DNA of 64,000 bases from Longimicrobiales bacterium (GCA_965204735.1 OZ242008.1:1408001-1472000); one strand, 5' to 3'; shown: positions 43,601 to 54,174, numbered from the stretch's first letter. Notes: a model not told the origin generated them from the sequence alone. A program made the numbers and translations.

Positions 43601-46600
43601 GTCGCGTTCGACGATCGACGAGAGCGGCGCGAACAACTCGACGACGGTGACGGCGACGATGAGCCCGCCGTCGGTGCAGTCGACGACGGTGACGGTGTCT
43701 GTGGCTGCGGGCGCGGACGCGGACTCGACCGACTTCACGGTGAGCGCGAACAAGACGCTGACGATTGCGGCGGGCGACACGACGAGCACGGGCGCGGTGA
43801 CGGTGACGGCTGTCGACAACGACCTGAACGAGCCGAACAAGGCCTTGACGGTGTCGGCGACGGCGGCGAACACGCAGGGCGCAACGAACCCGGACGCCGT
43901 GGCCTTGACGATCGCGGACGACGACGGCCAGCCGTCGCTGTCGATCTCGTCGCCCAGCGTGGCGGAGGGCGCGGCGGACTCGACGGCGACGCTGACGTTC
44001 CAGGTGAGGCTGAGCGCGCCGAGCGGGCAGCGTGTGACGGTGAAGATCGCCGACGCGCAGACGGGGACGGCGACGCGTGCGGCGGACTACTCGATCTTCT
44101 CGGACGCGGTGTTGAGGTTCGTTGCGGGGGACACGCTGAAGAGCTTCGACGTGACGGTGCGCGGGGACGATCTGGACGAGCCGAACGAGACGGTGGTGGC
44201 GCAGTTGAGCCAGGCGACGAACGCGACGATTGCGACGGGTACGGGGACGGGTACGATCACGGACGACGACGCGGCGCCGACGGTGACGTTGACGTTGGGC
44301 CGCGGGTCGATTTGGGAGGGCGCGCCGGGGATCACGTGGACGACGGTGCGGGCCGCGTTGAGCGCGGCGTCGAGCGCTGCGACGACGGTGACGGTGAGTG
44401 CGGCGGCGGGCATGAACGCGGACTCGACGGACTTCGCGTTGAGCGCGAACAAGACGCTGACGATCGCGGCGGGCCAGACGGCGAGCACGGAGGACGTGCG
44501 GATCAACGCGGTGGACAACGCGGTGGACGATCCGAACCGGCAGGTGACGTTGTCGGGCACGGTGTCGAACAGCATCGGGGGCTACTCGAACCCGGCGGAC
44601 GTGACGGTGACGATCCAGGACGACGAGGCGACGCCGAAGGTGAAGCTGGTGTTGTCGCGCTCGACGGTCGCCGAGAGCGGCGCGACCAACTCGACGACGG
44701 TGACGGCGACGATGAGCCCGGCGTCGGTGCAGTCGACGACGATCACGGTCGCCGTGGCGGCGGGCGCGGACACGGACTCGAGCGACTTCACGGTGAGCGC
44801 GAACAAGACGCTGACGATTGCGGCGGGCGACACGACGAGCACGGGCGTGGTGAGCGTGACGGCGGTGGACAACGACCTGAACGAGCCGAACAAGGCCTTG
44901 ACGGTGTCGGCGACGGCGACGAACACGCAGGGCGCGACGAACCCGGACGCCTTGACGCTGACGATTGCGGACGACGACGGCCAGCCGTCGCTGTCGATCT
45001 CGTCGCCCAGCGTGGCGGAGGGCGCGGCGGACTCGACGGCGACGCTGACGTTCCAGGTGAGGTTGAGCGCGCCGAGCGGCCAGCGTGTGACGGTGAAGGT
45101 CGCCGACGCGCGGACGGGGACGGCGACGCACTCGGCCGACTACTCGATCTTCTCGGACGCGGTGTTGAGGTTCGTTGCGGGCGACACGCTGAAGAGCTTC
45201 GACGTGACGGTGCGCGGCGACGATCTGGACGAGCCGAACGAGACGGTGGTGGCGCAGTTGAGCCAAGCGACGAACGCGACGATTGCGACGGGCACGGGTA
45301 CGGGTACGATCACGGACGACGATGCGGCGCCGACGGTGACGTTGACGGTGGGGCGCGGGTCGATCTGGGAGGGCGCGCCGGGGATCACGTGGACGACGGT
45401 GCGGGCCGGGTTGAGCGCTGCGACGAGCGCTGCGACGACGGTGACGGTGAGCGCGGCGGCGGGCATGAACGCGGACTCGACGGACTTCGCGTTGAGCGCA
45501 AACAAGACGCTGACGATCGCGGCTGGCCAGACGCGCAGCACCGAAGACGTGCGGATCAACGCGGTGGACAACGCGGTGGACGATCCGAACCGGCAGGTGA
45601 CGTTGTCGGGCACGGTGTCGAACAGCATCGGGGGGTACTCGAACCCGGCGGACGTGACGGTGACGATCCAGGACGACGAGGCGACGCCGAAGGTGAAGCT
45701 GGTGTTGTCGCGTTCGACGATCGACGAGAGCGGCGCGACCAACTCAGCAACGGTGACGGCGACGATGAGTCCGCCGTCGGTGCAGTCGACGACGATCACG
45801 GTGGCCGTGGCGGCAGGCGCGGACGCGGACTCGAGCGACTTCACGGTGAGCGCGAACAAGACGCTGACGATTGCGGCGGGCGACACGACGAGCACGGGCG
45901 TGGTGAGCGTGACGGCGGTGGACAACGACCTGAACGAGCCGAACAAGAGCTTGACGGTGACGGCGACGGCGACGAACACGCAGGGAGTCACGAACCCCGA
46001 CAACCTGACGCTCACCATCGCGGACGACGACAGCCAGCCGTCGCTGTCGATCTCGTCGCCCAGCGTGGCGGAGGGCGCGGCGGACTCGACGGCGACGCTG
46101 ACGTTCCGGGTAAGGCTGAGCGCGCCGAGCGGCCAGCGCGTGACGGTGAAGGTCGCCGACGCGCGGACGGGGACGGCGACGCACTCGGCCGACTACTCGA
46201 TCTTCTCGGACGCGGTGTTGAGCTTCGCTGCGGGCGACACGCTGAAGAGCTTCGACGTGACGGTGGTGGGCGACGATCTGGACGAGCCGAACGAGACGGT
46301 GGTGGCGCAGTTGAGCCAGGCGACGAACGCGACGATCGCGACCGCAACAGGGACGGGGACGATCACGGACGACGACGCGGCGCCGACGGTGACGTTGACG
46401 GTGGGGCGCGGGTCGATCTGGGAGGGCGCGCCGGGGATCACGTGGACGACGGTGCGGGCCGGGTTGAGCGCGGTGTCGAGCGCTGCGACGACGGTGACGG
46501 TGAGCGCGGCGGCGGGCATGAACGCGGACTCGACCGACTTCGCGTTGAGCGCGAACAAGACGCTGACGATTGCGGCGGGCCAGACGGCGAGCACGGAGGA

Positions 46601-49600
46601 TGTGCGGATCAACGCGGTGGACAACGCGGTGGACGATCCGAACCGGCAGGTGACGTTGTCGGGCACGGTGTCGAACAGCATCGGGGGCTACTCGAACCCG
46701 GCGGACGTGACGGTGACGATCCAGGACGACGAGGCGACGCCGAAGGTGAAGCTGGTGCTGTCGCGTTCGACGGTCGCCGAGAGCGGCGCGACCAACTCGG
46801 CAACCGTGACGGCGACGATGAGTCCGCCGTCGGTGCAGTCGACGACGGTGACGGTGGCCGTGGCGGCGGGCGCGGACACGGACTCGAGCGACTTCACGGT
46901 GAGCGCGAACAAGACGCTGACGATTGCGGCGGGCGACACGACGAGCACGGGCGTGGTGAGCGTGACGGCGGTGGACAACGACCTGAACGAGCCGAACAAG
47001 GCCTTGACGGTATCGGCGACGGCAACGAACACGCAGGGAGTCACGAACCCCGACAACCTGACGCTCACCATCGCGGACGACGACGGCCAGCCGTCGCTGT
47101 CGATCTCGTCGCCCAGCGTGGCGGAAGGCGCGGCGGACTCGACGGCGACGCTGACGTTCCAGGTGAGGCTGAGTGCGCCGAGCGGGCAGCGTGTGACGGT
47201 GAAGATCGCCGACGCGCAGACGGGGACGGCGACGCGTGCGGCGGACTACTCGATCTTCTCGGACGCGGTGTTGAGGTTCGCTGCGGGCGACACGCTGAAG
47301 AGCTTCGACGTGACGGTGCGCGGGGACGACCTGGACGAGCCGAACGAGACGGTAGTGGCGCAGTTGAGCCAGGCGACGAACGCGACGATTGCGACGGGCA
47401 CGGGGACGGGGACGATCACGGACGACGACGCGGCGCCGACGGTGACGTTGACGGTGGGGCGCGGGTCGATCTGGGAGGGGGCGCCGGGGATCACGTGGAC
47501 GACGGTGCGGGCCGCGTTGAGCGCGGTGTCGAGCGCTGCGACGACGGTGACGGTGAGCGCCGCGGCGGGAACGAACGCGGACTCGACGGACTTCGCGTTG
47601 AGCGCGAACAAGACGCTGACGATTGCGGCGGGCCAGACGGCGAGCACCGAAGACGTGCGGATCAACGCGGTGGACAACGCGGTGGACGATCCGAACCGGC
47701 AGGTGACGTTGTCGGGGACGGTGTCGAACAGCATCGGGGGCTACTCGAACCCGGCAGACGTGACGGTGACGATTCAGGACGACGAGGCGACGCCGAAGGT
47801 GAAGCTGGTGCTGTCGCGTTCGACGATCGACGAGAGCGGTGCAAACAACTCGACGACGGTGACGGCGACGATGAGCCCGCCGTCGGTGCAGTCGACGACG
47901 ATCACGGTGGCCGTGGCGGCGGGCGCGGACGCGGACTCGGCCGACTTCACGGTGAGCGCGAACAAGACGTTGACGATTGCGGCGGGCGACACGACGAGCA
48001 CGGGCGTGGTGAGCGTGACGGCGGTGGACAACGACCTGAACGAGCCGAACAAGGCCTTGACGGTATCGGCGACGGCAACGAACACGCAGGGAGTCACGAA
48101 CCCCGACAACCTGACGCTCACCATCGCGGACGACGACGGCCAGCCGTCGCTGTCGATCTCGTCGCCCAGCGTGGCGGAGGGCGCGGCGGACTCGACGGCG
48201 ACGCTGACGTTCCAGGTGAGGCTGAGCGCGCCGAGCGGCCAGCGCGTGACGGTGAAGATCGCCGACGCGCGGACGGGGACGGCGACGCACTCGGCCGACT
48301 ACTCGATCTTCTCGGACGCGGTGTTGAGGTTCGTTGCGGGCGACACGCTGAAGAGCTTTGACGTGACGGTGCGCGGGGACGATCTGGACGAGCCGAACGA
48401 GACGGTGGTGGCGCAGCTGAGCCAGGCGACGAACGCGACGATCGCGACCGCAACAGGGACGGGGACGATCACGGACGACGACGCGGCGCCGACGGTGACG
48501 TTGACGGTGGGCCGCTCAACGATCCGGGAGGGCGGGACCGGCTTTACGTACACGACCGTGCGGGCCGACCTGAGCGAGAGGTCGGGCGCTGCGACGACGG
48601 TGACGGTGAGCGCAGCCCCCGGCACGAACGCCGACTCGACCGACTTCACGGTGAGCGCGAACAAGACGCTGACGATCGCGGCGGGGGACACGGCGAGCAC
48701 GGGCACGGTGGAACTGCGGGCCGTAAATGACGCGGTGGACGGTCCGGACAAGCAGGTGACGGTGTCGGGCACGGTGTCGAACAGCATCGGGGGGTACTCG
48801 AACCCGGCGGACGTGACGGTGACGATCCAGGACGACGAGGCGACGCCGAAGGTGCAGCTGGTGTTGTCGCGCACAAGCATCGGCGAGAGCGGCGCGAGCA
48901 ACTCGGCCGTGGTGACGGCGACGATGAGCCCGCCGTCGGTGCAGTCGACGACGATCACGGTCGCCGTGGCGGCCGGGGCGGGCGCCGACTCGGCCGACTT
49001 CACACTGAGCGCGAACAAGACGCTGACGATTGCGGCGGGCGACACGACGAGCACGGGCGTGGTGAGCGTGACGGCGGTGGACAACGACCTGGACGAGCCG
49101 AACAAGGCCTTGACGGTGTCGGCGACGGCAACGAACACGCAGGGCGCGACGAACCCCGACGCCGTGACGCTGACCATTGCGGACGACGACGGCCAGCCGT
49201 CGCTGTTGATCTCGTCGCCCAGCGTGGCGGAGGGCGCGGCGGACTCGACGGCGACGCTGACGTTCCGGGTGAGGCTGAGCGCGCCGAGCGGCCAGCGCGT
49301 GACGGTGAGGATCGCCGATGCGCGGACTGGGACGGCGACCTTCTCCACGGACTACGCGACCTTCAGCGATGCGACCCTGAGCTTCGCGGCGGGCGACACG
49401 GTGACGACCTTTGACGTGACGGTGAACGGGGACGATCTGGACGAGCCGAACGAGACGGTGGTGGCGCAGTTGAGCCAGGCGACGAACGCGACGATCGCAA
49501 CGGGCACGGGGACGGGCACGATCACGGACGACGATGCGGCTCCCACGGTGATGCTGTCGTTGGGACGCTCGACGATCCGGGAGGGCGGGATCGGCTTTAC

Positions 49601-52600
49601 GTACACGACCGTGCGGGCCGACCTGAGCGAGAGGTCGGGCGCGGCGACGACGGTGACCGTGAGCGCAGCCCCCGGCACAAACGCGGACTCGACCGACTTC
49701 ACGCTGAGCGCGAACAAGACGCTGACGATCGCTGCGGGCCAGACGGCGAGCACAGAGGACGTGCGGATCAACGCGGTGGACAATGCGTTGGACGGTCCGA
49801 ACAAGCAGGTGACGGTTTCGGGTGCGGTGTCGAACAGCATCGGGGGCTACTCGAACCCGGCGGACGTGACGGTGACGATCCAGGACGACGAGGCGACGCC
49901 GAAGGTGAAGCTGGTGTTGTCGCGCACAAGCATCGCCGAGAGCGGCGCGAGCAACTCGGCCGTGGTGACGGCAACGATGAGCCCGCCGTCGGTGCAGGAG
50001 ACGACGATCACGGTCGCCGTGGCGGCCGGCGCGGACGCCGACTCGGCCGACTTCACGGTGAGCGCGAACAAGACGCTGACGATCGCGGCGGGCGACACGA
50101 CGAGCACGGGTGCGGTGACGGTGACGGCGGTGGACAACAACCTGGACGAGCCGAACAAGGCCTTGACTGTGTCGGCGACGGCAACGAACACGCAGGGCGT
50201 CACGAACCCTGACAACCTGACGCTCACCATCGTAGACGACGACGGAACCAGCTCGTCGACGCTCATCGCCCGCTCCACCAGAGTGGCCGAGGGCGGGTCG
50301 GGTGCCACGGCCGTCCTGCGCTTCATGGTACGGCTTGTCCCGGCCTCGACCGCCCGCGTTACCGTGAACTACGCCGATGCGGGCTCGGGCACGGCCACGC
50401 CCGGCGCCGACTACGAGGCCCTTGCGGGCGGCACGTTGACGTTCGAGGCGGGCGACACGCTCGCGACCATCAACGTGACGGTCGTCGGCGACGAAGTGCA
50501 GGAAGGAGACGAGACGGTCGTGCTGACCCTGAGCGGCGCGACCAACGCGCAGCTGGCCGCTCCCACGATCACGGGCACGATCGTGGACGACGACGCGCTC
50601 CCGCCGCCGTCGCTGCATGTCGACTCGCCCAAGATGCAGGAGGGCGACGACGGGTTCGCGACGATGCCGTACACGGTCACGCTTCTTCCGGCGAGCGCGG
50701 AAGAGGTGAGGGTGGACTACGCCGACGCCCGCGCAGGCACGGCGACCTCTGGCACCGACTACACATTGCAGCCCGGCACGCTGGTCTTCCAACCGGGCGA
50801 CACGGTCCGCACGATCCCAGTGCAGGTCGCCGGCGACAACGCGAAGGAGCCCGACGAGACCGTCGTGGTCGTCTTGAGCAACGCCCGCGGAGCGCTCCTC
50901 ACGACGGTCGAGGCGACCGGCACGATCCTGGACGACGAAGTCACGTTCATCGCCGTGGACGCGCCCTCGGCGGAAGAGGGGGACGCGCGCCACGGAAGCA
51001 ACGACGACGCACCCGCCACCCTCGTGTTCACGGTCTCGCTGGCGCCGGCCGGCTATCAAGAGGTCTCGGTCGCCTACGCCGATGCAGGCACGGGCACCGC
51101 CACCCCGGGCGTCGACTACGAGGCGCCCAGCCCGGACACGCTGTCATTCGCCCCCGGGGAAACGCGCAAGACGGTGGAAGTGACGTTGATCGGCGACGAC
51201 CTCGACGAGTCCGACGAGACCGTGGTGCTGCAGCTGAGCCGGCCCACGAACGCCGAGATCGAAGGGAACGGCAGAGGCACGGGAACGATTGTGGACGACG
51301 ACGGTGCGCCGACCCTCTCCATCGACTCGCCCACGGTCGAGGAAGGCGGACCGGGCGAGACGGCCGCCCTGCGGTTCGCCGTGCGCCTGAACGCACCCAC
51401 GACCAAGCAGGTCGCGGTGGACTACGCCGACGCGGGCACGGGCACGGCCACGCCCGACGCCGACTACCAAGCGGTGGCGCCCGGCACGCTGGTCTTCGCC
51501 CCCGGGGACACCGTCAAGGCCGTGGAAGCGACCGTTCACGGCGACGCCCTGGACGAGCCCGCCGAAACGATCCTGCTGGCGCTGACCAACCCCGTCCACG
51601 CCGAACTCGCCGAGGACGGCGCCACCGGCGTCGCCACGATCGCGGACGACGACGCCGCCCCCTTCCTCTCCATCGACTCGCCCACGGTCCAGGAAGGCGG
51701 TCCCGGCGAGTCGGCCGTCGTCTCGTTCACCGTCTCGCTCGGCGCGCCCTCGGCCAAGCGCGTCAAGGTGGACTACGCCGACGCGGGCACGGGCACGGCC
51801 ACGCCCGACGCCGACTACCAAGCGGTGGCGCCCGGCACGCTGGTCTTCGCCCCCGGGGACACCGTCAAGGCCGTGGGAGCGACCGTTCACGGCGACGCCC
51901 TGGACGAGCCCGCCGAAACGATCGTGCTGGCGCTGACCAACCCCGTCCACGCCGAACTCGCCGAGGACGGCGCTACCGGCGTCGCCACGATCGCGGACGA
52001 CGACGATGCCCCGTCCCTCTCCGTCGACTCGCCCACGGTCGTGGAGGGGGACGACGGCCGCCGGCCCCTGACCTTTTCCTTCACGCTGGACCGCCCCAGC
52101 GGCCGGCGCGTGGTCATGGAGTACGCCGACGCGGGCACGGGCACCGCGACGCCGGGCGCAGACTACGAGGAAGTCCCGCCGGGCGCCCTCTCCTTCGAGC
52201 CGGGCGAGACCCTGAAGACCATCGATGTGATGGTGCTCGGAGACGCGCGCCACGAACCCGACGAGACGGTGGTTCTTCGGCTCTCCACGCCCGACCCGGC
52301 GGTTGCGAACCTGACGACGGAGGAGGGCGTCGGCGCCATCGGGAACGACGACGCGAACCTGATCCCCACCTTCGGCGACGCCCTGGTCCCGCCCCAGCGC
52401 TGGATGGAGGGCCGCGGGATCGATCCCCTGCGGCTGCCGCCGGCCCAAGGGGGCGACGGACCCCTGTCGTACGCCCTGGCCCCCGCCTTGCCTCCGGGGC
52501 TGGTCTTCGATCCCGAGAGCCGCACCGTCGCCGGCACGCCCGGCGCAGGGCAGCCCGTCACCGCCTACCGCTACGCCGCCACCGACCAAGACGGCGACTC

Positions 52601-53933
52601 GGCGACGCTGTCGTTCACGATCGAGGTCGTGGCGGCCGAGCAGACCGCGCGCAGGCTGGACGAGGTCAACCGCGCCGTCCTGCCCGAGGTCGCGCGCACT
52701 TGGGCCGACGTGGCGTCGAACGCGGTGGCCGGCCGCGTCGCCCAGGCGGGCCATGCCGGAACCGGGGCAGGCGCCTGGGGACACGGCGAGCGCCGGGAGC
52801 TCTCGGGCGCGCGCGGCCAAGGCAGCCCCGTCGATTGGTCGGGCGAGGTCGCCGTCTTCGGGGCGGGCGCGGACGTGGGCTTGGGCGCCGCCGTCACCCT
52901 GGGCGTGGCCGTCACCCGGCTCGAAAGCGTCTTCGACTACGCCCACCACGACGAAGGGCGCACCGTCGGCGGTCGCCACGAAACCAGCCTCGCCGGCGTT
53001 CACCCCTACTTGGGCTGGTCGGGCGCCGGGGGCTCCCATGCGTGGACCACGGCCGGCTGGGCCACGAGCGACGTGGTCGTTCGCGACGACGAGGTCGGGC
53101 CGCAGACGGCCGCCGGGCGCGCCCAGATGCTGGCCGCTGGGGCCAGCGTGCGCCTCTTCGCCGGCTCGGGCGGCGGGACCGTGAACGCGAAAGGCGACGG
53201 GCATGTCGCCCGGTTCCAGCTCGACGGCGACGGCGACCGGCTCTCGGCCCTGGAGGTCGGCGTCCACCGCCTGCGCTTCGCCTTCGAGGCCGGCCGCTCG
53301 TTCCGGCTCGGCGGCAACGGCACGCTCAAGCCCTCGGTGGCCCTCGGCGTCCGCCAAGACGGCGGCGACGGCCGCATCGGCGCCGGGCTGGAGGCCGGAG
53401 GCGGCCTGACCCTCTCCGCCTGGAACTCGCGACTGCAAGTGGAGGCCGCCGGGCGAACGCTGCTCGCCCACGGCGGCGGGTTGGCCGAGTGGGGAGCCGG
53501 CGGTTCGCTCCGCGTCGCGCCCGGCGCCGACGGCCGCGGCCTCTCCCTCTCGGTGGCGCCGGAATGGGGCGTCCCGGCGAGCGGGATTGGGCAGCTCTGG
53601 CAGCAGGGCGTGGCGCAGCGCCCCGTCTTCGGCCATCCGCAACCACCCGGCCCGACCCCAGCTGGAAAACCGGGCCCGGCCCAGCCGCAGCACGCCGTCC
53701 CCGGCTCCCGGCTCCGCACCGAGATGGCTTACGGCCTCGGGGCGACGGTCGCCGGCACGGAGGCCTGGTTGGTGACGCCCTTCGCCGCCCTCGGCCCCGA
53801 CCTGGGCGGCGGGGGAACGGCTTGGCGCTTCGGCGCGCGCCTGCGGACGCCCACGGCCGTGGGGCTGGCCGTCGGCCTGGAAGCCGCCTACCCCGGATCC
53901 GGTCTCCGCCTGGACCTGGAACTCAATCGGTAG
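40662..53933 (+). CDS. Giant Calx-beta/Ig-repeat adhesin with C-terminal autotransporter-like beta-barrel (4423 aa)
   Basis: Signal peptide (VAA-QES); Calx-beta motifs (V.EG, GTAT..DY, GD.LDEP.ET, TITDDD); He_PIG-like segment (ALPPGLVFD..SRTVAGTP); beta-barrel-like C-terminus. Confidence 0.88.
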   Translation: MSILLPGRRDRWALARTPGLVAALAALLVGPGGVAAQESLPTLSISSPSVAEGAADSTAALTFQVTLSAASSRSVTVAYGDARTGTATVTRDYAAFSTVILRFAPGDTVKNFDVTVKGDSLHEPSETVVATLSSPTNATIATGTGTGTITDDDAAPTATLILSPSTVREGVLWATVRAQLDGRSAAATTITVSAAAGANADSTDFELSSNRTLTIAAEQIASRGNVRITALDNGVDEPNKQVTVSGTVSNSIGGFSNPADATLTIQDDEATPKVKLVLSRSTIDESGADNSAVVTATMSPPSVQSTTITVAVAAGGGTDSTDFTASANKTLTIAAGDTTSTGAVTVTAVDNDVDEPNKVVRVSATATNTQGVTNPDAATLTIADDDAASTLSISSPSVAEGAADSTATLTFQVKLSAPSEHRVTVKISDARTGTATLAQDYEVFSDRILTFAAGDTLASFGVTVRGDTLDEPNETVVAQLSQATNATIATGTGTGTITDDDAAPTVTLTVGRGSIWEGAPGITWTTVRAALSAASSAATTVTVSAAAGMNADSTDFALSANKTLTIAAGQTRSTEDVRINAVDNAVDDPNRQVTLSGTVSNSIGGYSNPADVTVTIQDDEATPKVKLVLSRSTVAESGASNSTTVTATMSPASVQETTITVAVAAGADADSTDFTVSANKTLTIAAGDTVSTGVVSVTAVDNDLNEPNKSLTVTATATNTQGATNPDAVALTIADDDGQPSLSISSPSVAEGAAGTTVALTFQVKLSAPSGQRVTVKVADARTGTATHSADYSIFSDAVLSFAAGDTLKSFDVTVVGDDLDEPNETVVAQLSQATNATIATGTGTGTITDDDAAPMVTLTVGRGSIWEGAPGITWTTVRAALSAATSVATTVTVSAAAGMNADSTDFALSANKTLTIAAGQTASTEDVRINAVDNAVDDPNRQVTLSGTVSNSIGGYSNPADVTVTIQDDEATPKVKLVLSRSTIDESGANNSTTVTATMSPPSVQSTTVTVSVAAGADADSTDFTVSANKTLTIAAGDTTSTGAVTVTAVDNDLNEPNKALTVSATAANTQGATNPDAVALTIADDDGQPSLSISSPSVAEGAADSTATLTFQVRLSAPSGQRVTVKIADAQTGTATRAADYSIFSDAVLRFVAGDTLKSFDVTVRGDDLDEPNETVVAQLSQATNATIATGTGTGTITDDDAAPTVTLTLGRGSIWEGAPGITWTTVRAALSAASSAATTVTVSAAAGMNADSTDFALSANKTLTIAAGQTASTEDVRINAVDNAVDDPNRQVTLSGTVSNSIGGYSNPADVTVTIQDDEATPKVKLVLSRSTVAESGATNSTTVTATMSPASVQSTTITVAVAAGADTDSSDFTVSANKTLTIAAGDTTSTGVVSVTAVDNDLNEPNKALTVSATATNTQGATNPDALTLTIADDDGQPSLSISSPSVAEGAADSTATLTFQVRLSAPSGQRVTVKVADARTGTATHSADYSIFSDAVLRFVAGDTLKSFDVTVRGDDLDEPNETVVAQLSQATNATIATGTGTGTITDDDAAPTVTLTVGRGSIWEGAPGITWTTVRAGLSAATSAATTVTVSAAAGMNADSTDFALSANKTLTIAAGQTRSTEDVRINAVDNAVDDPNRQVTLSGTVSNSIGGYSNPADVTVTIQDDEATPKVKLVLSRSTIDESGATNSATVTATMSPPSVQSTTITVAVAAGADADSSDFTVSANKTLTIAAGDTTSTGVVSVTAVDNDLNEPNKSLTVTATATNTQGVTNPDNLTLTIADDDSQPSLSISSPSVAEGAADSTATLTFRVRLSAPSGQRVTVKVADARTGTATHSADYSIFSDAVLSFAAGDTLKSFDVTVVGDDLDEPNETVVAQLSQATNATIATATGTGTITDDDAAPTVTLTVGRGSIWEGAPGITWTTVRAGLSAVSSAATTVTVSAAAGMNADSTDFALSANKTLTIAAGQTASTEDVRINAVDNAVDDPNRQVTLSGTVSNSIGGYSNPADVTVTIQDDEATPKVKLVLSRSTVAESGATNSATVTATMSPPSVQSTTVTVAVAAGADTDSSDFTVSANKTLTIAAGDTTSTGVVSVTAVDNDLNEPNKALTVSATATNTQGVTNPDNLTLTIADDDGQPSLSISSPSVAEGAADSTATLTFQVRLSAPSGQRVTVKIADAQTGTATRAADYSIFSDAVLRFAAGDTLKSFDVTVRGDDLDEPNETVVAQLSQATNATIATGTGTGTITDDDAAPTVTLTVGRGSIWEGAPGITWTTVRAALSAVSSAATTVTVSAAAGTNADSTDFALSANKTLTIAAGQTASTEDVRINAVDNAVDDPNRQVTLSGTVSNSIGGYSNPADVTVTIQDDEATPKVKLVLSRSTIDESGANNSTTVTATMSPPSVQSTTITVAVAAGADADSADFTVSANKTLTIAAGDTTSTGVVSVTAVDNDLNEPNKALTVSATATNTQGVTNPDNLTLTIADDDGQPSLSISSPSVAEGAADSTATLTFQVRLSAPSGQRVTVKIADARTGTATHSADYSIFSDAVLRFVAGDTLKSFDVTVRGDDLDEPNETVVAQLSQATNATIATATGTGTITDDDAAPTVTLTVGRSTIREGGTGFTYTTVRADLSERSGAATTVTVSAAPGTNADSTDFTVSANKTLTIAAGDTASTGTVELRAVNDAVDGPDKQVTVSGTVSNSIGGYSNPADVTVTIQDDEATPKVQLVLSRTSIGESGASNSAVVTATMSPPSVQSTTITVAVAAGAGADSADFTLSANKTLTIAAGDTTSTGVVSVTAVDNDLDEPNKALTVSATATNTQGATNPDAVTLTIADDDGQPSLLISSPSVAEGAADSTATLTFRVRLSAPSGQRVTVRIADARTGTATFSTDYATFSDATLSFAAGDTVTTFDVTVNGDDLDEPNETVVAQLSQATNATIATGTGTGTITDDDAAPTVMLSLGRSTIREGGIGFTYTTVRADLSERSGAATTVTVSAAPGTNADSTDFTLSANKTLTIAAGQTASTEDVRINAVDNALDGPNKQVTVSGAVSNSIGGYSNPADVTVTIQDDEATPKVKLVLSRTSIAESGASNSAVVTATMSPPSVQETTITVAVAAGADADSADFTVSANKTLTIAAGDTTSTGAVTVTAVDNNLDEPNKALTVSATATNTQGVTNPDNLTLTIVDDDGTSSSTLIARSTRVAEGGSGATAVLRFMVRLVPASTARVTVNYADAGSGTATPGADYEALAGGTLTFEAGDTLATINVTVVGDEVQEGDETVVLTLSGATNAQLAAPTITGTIVDDDALPPPSLHVDSPKMQEGDDGFATMPYTVTLLPASAEEVRVDYADARAGTATSGTDYTLQPGTLVFQPGDTVRTIPVQVAGDNAKEPDETVVVVLSNARGALLTTVEATGTILDDEVTFIAVDAPSAEEGDARHGSNDDAPATLVFTVSLAPAGYQEVSVAYADAGTGTATPGVDYEAPSPDTLSFAPGETRKTVEVTLIGDDLDESDETVVLQLSRPTNAEIEGNGRGTGTIVDDDGAPTLSIDSPTVEEGGPGETAALRFAVRLNAPTTKQVAVDYADAGTGTATPDADYQAVAPGTLVFAPGDTVKAVEATVHGDALDEPAETILLALTNPVHAELAEDGATGVATIADDDAAPFLSIDSPTVQEGGPGESAVVSFTVSLGAPSAKRVKVDYADAGTGTATPDADYQAVAPGTLVFAPGDTVKAVGATVHGDALDEPAETIVLALTNPVHAELAEDGATGVATIADDDDAPSLSVDSPTVVEGDDGRRPLTFSFTLDRPSGRRVVMEYADAGTGTATPGADYEEVPPGALSFEPGETLKTIDVMVLGDARHEPDETVVLRLSTPDPAVANLTTEEGVGAIGNDDANLIPTFGDALVPPQRWMEGRGIDPLRLPPAQGGDGPLSYALAPALPPGLVFDPESRTVAGTPGAGQPVTAYRYAATDQDGDSATLSFTIEVVAAEQTARRLDEVNRAVLPEVARTWADVASNAVAGRVAQAGHAGTGAGAWGHGERRELSGARGQGSPVDWSGEVAVFGAGADVGLGAAVTLGVAVTRLESVFDYAHHDEGRTVGGRHETSLAGVHPYLGWSGAGGSHAWTTAGWATSDVVVRDDEVGPQTAAGRAQMLAAGASVRLFAGSGGGTVNAKGDGHVARFQLDGDGDRLSALEVGVHRLRFAFEAGRSFRLGGNGTLKPSVALGVRQDGGDGRIGAGLEAGGGLTLSAWNSRLQVEAAGRTLLAHGGGLAEWGAGGSLRVAPGADGRGLSLSVAPEWGVPASGIGQLWQQGVAQRPVFGHPQPPGPTPAGKPGPAQPQHAVPGSRLRTEMAYGLGATVAGTEAWLVTPFAALGPDLGGGGTAWRFGARLRTPTAVGLAVGLEAAYPGSGLRLDLELNR
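40782..50249 (+). repeat. Nine tandem about 1053-bp (351-aa) units, each with three Calx-beta-like domains
   Basis: Units at 40782, 41826, 42879, 43932, 44985, 46038, 47091, 48144, 49197; antisense ORF stops recur every 1053 bp. Confidence 0.92.
51417..52010 (+). repeat. 351-bp near-identical duplication of one Calx-beta domain
   Basis: GACTACGCCGACGCGGGCACG... at 51420 and 51771. Confidence 0.85.
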
Positions 53934-54174
53934 GCGGGTCGTCCAACGCCAGTGCCGAACCCGGCGCGTGCGAGCCGTCAGCGACGTGCTCCTGACGACG
54001 AACGAACGCCATGTTGCCGAAGACCGCCCGGATTGCTATTGGTTGTACGCTGTGACCGACCGCCCTACCGAGCCGAAGTTGCAGGAGCCCCGACGCAGGA
54101 GCCGACGGATGACGATGGAGTTGACGTAGTAAGTGACCGGCGACGCCAAGGACGGCCCGGCCCGGACGAGCAAC

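Noticed and set aside
40671..53693. Long alternative-frame and antisense ORFs over the adhesin (e.g. 43283-48361, 40671-45266)
   Set aside because: Arg/Gly-rich shadow frames caused by high GC and repeat periodicity.
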